The notes below the pieces were generated by a model, which saw nothing but the letters and a program-made list of their open reading frames with translations, made no database searches and had not been told where the DNA came from. A program made the translations under genes and the position numbers. A DNA stretch of 64,000 nucleotides from Vicinamibacterales bacterium (GTDB lineage Bacteria; Acidobacteriota; Vicinamibacteria; Vicinamibacterales; UBA2999). The stretch covers positions 71,949 through 135,948 of the forward strand of contig JAUXWO010000064.1 in assembly GCA_030680175.1 (NCBI GenBank), read 5' to 3'. Shown here piece after piece: positions 60,546-64,000 of the stretch; position 1 is the first letter of the stretch, and the number at the start of each line of letters is the position of its first letter.

Positions 60546-61445
60546 TCAGGCCCGCACCGTCAACACGGGGCACGGCGCCTCACGGACGATGTGGTGCGTC
60601 GTCGATCCGAAGAGCGTGAGGTCGACGGCCCCGCGGCCGAGCACGCCCAGCACGATCAGGTCGGCTGCCCGCTCTCGCGCGACGCGCAGGATCTGGCGCC
60701 ACGGCTTCCCTTCCGTCACCAGGATCTCGGGCTTGCACCACTCGCGGGCCGGCACCGGCACCGCCTCCCCCAGCAGCCGCTCGGCCTCGGCCGTCCGCGA
60801 CTCGGTGTACGCCGTCAGCATCACGCCGTGCGTGCCCGCCGCCCACGTCTCGGCCGCCCAGTCGACGACGTGCATCAGCACCAGTTCGGCGTCGCTCTCC
60901 TGCGCCACCGACATCGCATACTCGAGCGCGCGCAGCGATGCGTCGGAGAAGTCCACCGCGCAGAGGATGGTCTTCGGCAATTCGATCGCCTCCGGCGGCC
61001 CCTGCGCCCCCGGGGGCACGGTGAGCACGGGACACGTCGCGCGCCGCAGCACCTTCTCGGCCACCGACCCGAGCACGAGCCGCTGCACGCCCGACCGGCC
61101 ATGCGTGCCGAGCACGATCAGATCCGGGGCGTACTGCTCCGCCTCGAGCAGCAGCTGCTCCACGATGTACCCGCCGTGGACCCGGGTCTCGACCGGCACG
61201 CCCGCGCCCAGCACCGGGGCCACGAACGCCTCGAGCGCCACCACGTGCGCGTTCTGCTGATCCGGCGTCAGCGCAAACTCCGCAGGCGCGGGCGGATAGT
61301 CCACGCTCGGAAGGCCAATCGGCACGACCTCGACGACGCGGAGGGCGGCCTCGTAGCGCTTCGCGAGGACGGCCGCGTACTCGAGCGCGCGCCGGGAGAT
61401 CTCGGAGTGATCAACGGGACAAAGAATGCGGTCGATGCGGATCAT
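60546..61445 (-). CDS. Tandem universal stress protein (two UspA domains)
   Basis: Trimmed to ATG 61445; [36 protein letters not shown] and a second copy [36 protein letters not shown]. Confidence 0.88.
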   Translation of the reverse strand: MIRIDRILCPVDHSEISRRALEYAAVLAKRYEAALRVVEVVPIGLPSVDYPPAPAEFALTPDQQNAHVVALEAFVAPVLGAGVPVETRVHGGYIVEQLLLEAEQYAPDLIVLGTHGRSGVQRLVLGSVAEKVLRRATCPVLTVPPGAQGPPEAIELPKTILCAVDFSDASLRALEYAMSVAQESDAELVLMHVVDWAAETWAAGTHGVMLTAYTESRTAEAERLLGEAVPVPAREWCKPEILVTEGKPWRQILRVARERAADLIVLGVLGRGAVDLTLFGSTTHHIVREAPCPVLTVRA

Positions 61446-61587
61446 GGCTGATCCTTTCCCCCCACGCATGTGGGGTCAGGCAGCGTCCGGCGACGCCTGC
61501 GGGCTGTGGGGACCTCAACGCACGCCGGCGCGCGCGGCCTTCTCCCACATCATACCGGCGCAGGGGCTACAATGCGCCAGGATACGA

Positions 61588-61810
61588 GGGTGCTCAGGGT
61601 GCTCAGGGTGCCCAGGGTGCTCAGGGTGCTCAAGGTGCCCAGGGTGCTCAGGGTGCTCAAGGTGCCCAGGGTGCTCAGGGTGCTCAGGGTGCTCAGGGTG
61701 CCCAAGGTGCCCAGGGTGCTCAGGGTGCTCAAGGTGCCCAGGGTGCCCAGAGTGCCCAGAGTGCCCAGAGTGCTCAGGGTGCTCAAGGTGCTCAAGGTGC
61801 CCAGGGTGCG
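61588..61810 (+). repeat. Tandem 9-bp array (RRGTGCYCA) x~24
   Basis: gggtgctca/gggtgccca/aggtgccca/gagtgccca units read directly; lies in the divergent spacer between the USP gene and the peptidase gene. Confidence 0.95.
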
Positions 61811-61839
61811 GGGACGTGGTTCAGCGTGAGGGTCATCGG

Positions 61840-63108
61840 GTGAATAGCTCGTCGGGTGCAACACAGCGGTCGTGGCGAGGGATCGGTCTCGCGCTGCTCA
61901 GTCTCTGCGGTCTCGCGGCGGGTCCTGCATCCGCTCAGCAGGCGCTGCCGCTGGCCCTCGCCGATCCGGCCGTGGCCGGGGCGTTGGCTGACATCGATGC
62001 GCGGCGCGACCAGATCGCGGGCTGGCTGGCCCGCATCGGCGGCATCATCTCGCCCTCGGGCCAGGAGCAGGCGCGCGCCGAGGCCGTGGCCGCGGAGATG
62101 CGGCGCATCGGCCTCAGCGACGTGGTGGTCGATGCGTCGCCGAATGCGGTCGGCGTGATCCCCGGACGCTCGGGCAAGGCCCTCGTCTTCGTCTCCACCC
62201 TCGACGACCTCGCCACGGTCGCCGAACACCAGCGCGCCGCCGCCGCCCCGCCCCGCATCGAGGGCGACCGTGTCGTCGGGCCCGGCACGAACACGTCGCT
62301 GACGACCGCCGCGATGATCGCCGCGGCCGAGGCGCTCATCACGCGGGGCATCCAGCCGGAACACGATCTGGTCTTCGCGGCCGTGGCGCAGGAGGAGACC
62401 GGCCTCAAGGGGATGGCCGCCCTCTACGCGCGCTACCGGGAACGCGCCATCGCGTTCGTCGACATCCTCGGCGACGGATCGAGCATCAGCTACGGCGCCA
62501 TCACCATCCACTGGTGGCGCGTCGTCGCCAACGGCCCCGCCGGGCACTCGCTCGGCGGCGGCCTGCCCAACGTCAACCAGGGCATCGGCCGCGCCGTGGA
62601 CCGCATCCTCCAGCTGCCGCATCCCACCCTCCACGCGGATACGCGGACCATCATCAACGTGGCGATGCTGCAGAGCGGGGCCGTGTTCAACCACAAGCCG
62701 GACGCCGGCTGGTTCTCGCTCGACATCCGGTCGCTCGATGGCACACACGTCGACGCCGTCGAGACCGAGGTGCGGGCGCTGCTCGCGCGCGTCACCGAGG
62801 AGACCGGCATCCGCTTCACGATGGAGCCCGTGCAGCTCACGCCGGGCGGACAGCTCCCCGGCTTCGACCGCGCCCCGATCGTCGTCACGTCCGTGGCCAT
62901 CGCGAAGCACCTCGGGGTCGAAGGCCGGCTCGGGAACGCCGGCTCGTCGAACATGAACGTGGCGCTCGGCCAGGGGACGCCCGCGATTGGACTGGGCGGC
63001 AGCCGCGGTGGACAACGCGGGTTCCCCGACGAATGGGCCGATATCCCGGCGATGCTGCGGACGGCCAAGCATGTCGTGCTGCTGGCGGCAACGATAGGGC
63101 GACGATGA
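61840..63108 (+). CDS. Secreted M20/M28-type metallopeptidase-family protein
   Basis: Trimmed to GTG 61840 (GAGGG 8 nt upstream; GTG 61816 is also possible); signal peptide [23 protein letters not shown]; …[17 protein letters not shown]…. The upstream Cys-rich part of the listed ORF is the repeat array. Confidence 0.75.
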   Translation: MNSSSGATQRSWRGIGLALLSLCGLAAGPASAQQALPLALADPAVAGALADIDARRDQIAGWLARIGGIISPSGQEQARAEAVAAEMRRIGLSDVVVDASPNAVGVIPGRSGKALVFVSTLDDLATVAEHQRAAAAPPRIEGDRVVGPGTNTSLTTAAMIAAAEALITRGIQPEHDLVFAAVAQEETGLKGMAALYARYRERAIAFVDILGDGSSISYGAITIHWWRVVANGPAGHSLGGGLPNVNQGIGRAVDRILQLPHPTLHADTRTIINVAMLQSGAVFNHKPDAGWFSLDIRSLDGTHVDAVETEVRALLARVTEETGIRFTMEPVQLTPGGQLPGFDRAPIVVTSVAIAKHLGVEGRLGNAGSSNMNVALGQGTPAIGLGGSRGGQRGFPDEWADIPAMLRTAKHVVLLAATIGRR

Positions 63109-63122
63109 TGACGAGTGTCGAT

Positions 63123-64000
63123 ATGCGTGTGACGGCAAGAACCCTCGTCGGCGCACTGGCTCTGGTGCTGCTCACCGCGCCCATGACGTCCGGGCACCTT
63201 GGGCACCCCGGGCACCCTGAGCACCTCGAGCACCCCGAGCACCTCGAGCACCCTGAGCACCCCGGGCACCCTGAGCACCCCGGGCACCTCGTGCACCCTG
63301 GGCACCTTGAGCACCTCGAGCACCCTGGCTCCAATCAGCCAGCCCACTTCGATCTGCTGATCCGCGGCGGACGCGTGCTCGATGGCAGCGGCAACCCGTG
63401 GCAGCGGCTCGACATCGGCATCACGGGCGACCGGATCCGCGCGGTCGGGCGGCTCGACCAGGCGACGGCGTCGCGGACCATCGATGCCTCAGGGCTCTAT
63501 GTGACGCCCGGGTTCATCGACGTCCACTCACACGCCGGCCCCGGGCTGCTCGCCGACCTCCGGCACGCCGAGCCGCTGCTCGCGCAGGGCATCACGACGG
63601 CGCTCGTCAATCCTGACGGGGGCGGCCCCGTGGCGCTTGCCGGCCAGCGCGCGGCCTACGAGAAGTTCGGCACGGGCGTGAACGTCGGCCTCTTCGTCCC
63701 CCACGGATCCGTCCGCGCGGCGGTGATGGGGATGTCCGACGCGGATCCCGATTCCGAGGCGCTCGCCAAGATGGTCGACCTCGTCAACGACGGCATGAAG
63801 GCCGGCGCCGTCGGGCTGTCGAGCGGGCTCTACTACGCGCCCGGCAGCTACTCGAAGACGGACGAGGTCGTGGCGATGGCGCGGATCGCCGCGCAGTACG
63901 GCGGCGTCTACTCCAGCCACATCCGCGACGAAGGCGACTACTCCGTCGGCGTGATCGCCGCCGTGCAGGAAGTCATCGACATCGCGGAGCAGGCCGGGAT
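63123..64000 (+). CDS. N-acyl-D-amino-acid deacylase (D-aminoacylase) family amidohydrolase, 5' part, with signal peptide and His-rich repeat linker
   Basis: Not in ORF track (no stop before the window end). MRVTARTLVGALALVLLTAPMTS + (GH[LP]/EH[LP]) x15 + FDLLIRGGRVLDGSGNPWQRLDIGITGDRIRAVG…GFIDVHSH…YSSHIRDEGD. ATG 63105 or 63108 are alternative starts. Confidence 0.85.
   Translation, partial: MRVTARTLVGALALVLLTAPMTSGHLGHPGHPEHLEHPEHLEHPEHPGHPEHPGHLVHPGHLEHLEHPGSNQPAHFDLLIRGGRVLDGSGNPWQRLDIGITGDRIRAVGRLDQATASRTIDASGLYVTPGFIDVHSHAGPGLLADLRHAEPLLAQGITTALVNPDGGGPVALAGQRAAYEKFGTGVNVGLFVPHGSVRAAVMGMSDADPDSEALAKMVDLVNDGMKAGAVGLSSGLYYAPGSYSKTDEVVAMARIAAQYGGVYSSHIRDEGDYSVGVIAAVQEVIDIAEQAG
63192..63326 (+). 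repeat. Tandem 9-bp array x15, inverted relative to 61588..61810, inside a coding region
   Basis: gggcacctt gggcacccc gggcaccct gagcacctc …; the unit is the reverse complement of the left-array unit (TGAGCACCC versus GGGTGCTCA). Confidence 0.95.

Noticed and set aside
61588-61810. CRISPR array, or a coding repeat (Cys-rich CSGCSGCPG frame of 61426..63108, VLRVLRVPR frame of 61470..61829, LGTLSTLST frame of 61550..61864, or a collagen-like GAQ frame)
   Set aside because: The units are contiguous 9-mers with no spacers, so this is not CRISPR. The Cys-rich frame precedes the signal peptide of the peptidase and overlaps the divergent USP start. The GAQ frame and the minus-strand EHP frame have no start codon (stops at 61835-61833 and 61823-61821 bound the latter). 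The other frames are artefacts of a stop-free repeat.

Overview
High-GC bacterial chromosome segment, probably Acidobacteriota; this is inferred from an ADOP-type duplicated FtsX permease plus PhoX/DUF839 and DUF1572 proteins. Positions 1-33.7 kb are the right-hand ~34 kb of a lambda-like siphovirus prophage. Its minus strand carries tail genes, tape measure, a G/GT chaperone pair with an A9 slippery run, tail tube, connector genes, a DUF2190-like decoration protein, capsid, HK97-type protease, lambda-type portal, gpW, GpA-type large terminase and small terminase. Next comes an early/replication block: Zn-finger protein, DnaB, an initiator gene with internal inverted-repeat iterons, HD, ASCH, ParB-like, many tiny coupled ORFs, CII-like and Cro-like genes. 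A divergent switch region leads into a plus-strand lysogeny arm: CI/LexA-like repressor, five unknown cargo genes, a DUF433-DUF5615 pair and a tyrosine integrase. The arm ends at a 3' fragment of tRNA-Leu(CAA), which I read as attR. The left prophage end, lysis genes and most fibre genes lie outside the window. Positions 33.8-64 kb are host genes: multicopper oxidase, guaB, PagL-like, ADOP permease, RRM protein, PhoX-like, NCS2 permease, ABC-F, ispG, a GAF histidine kinase with NarL-type regulator, mazEF, an FHA-cyclase, tandem USP, an M20-type peptidase and a D-aminoacylase. Unusual points follow. (1) The repressor-to-integrase cargo cluster is the best candidate for an undescribed prophage-borne system, such as exclusion or defence. 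(2) Many host intergenic spacers carry a 6-9 bp G-rich tandem array. These include two inverted 9-bp arrays flanking the peptidase gene, one of which is translated as a His-rich linker. (3) There is a eukaryote-type UMP-CMP kinase with an unknown N-terminal domain. (4) -10-like hexamers sit 5-7 nt from start codons, suggesting leaderless mRNAs. No rRNA, intact tRNA or CRISPR array was found. All family assignments come from motif recall, not from searches.
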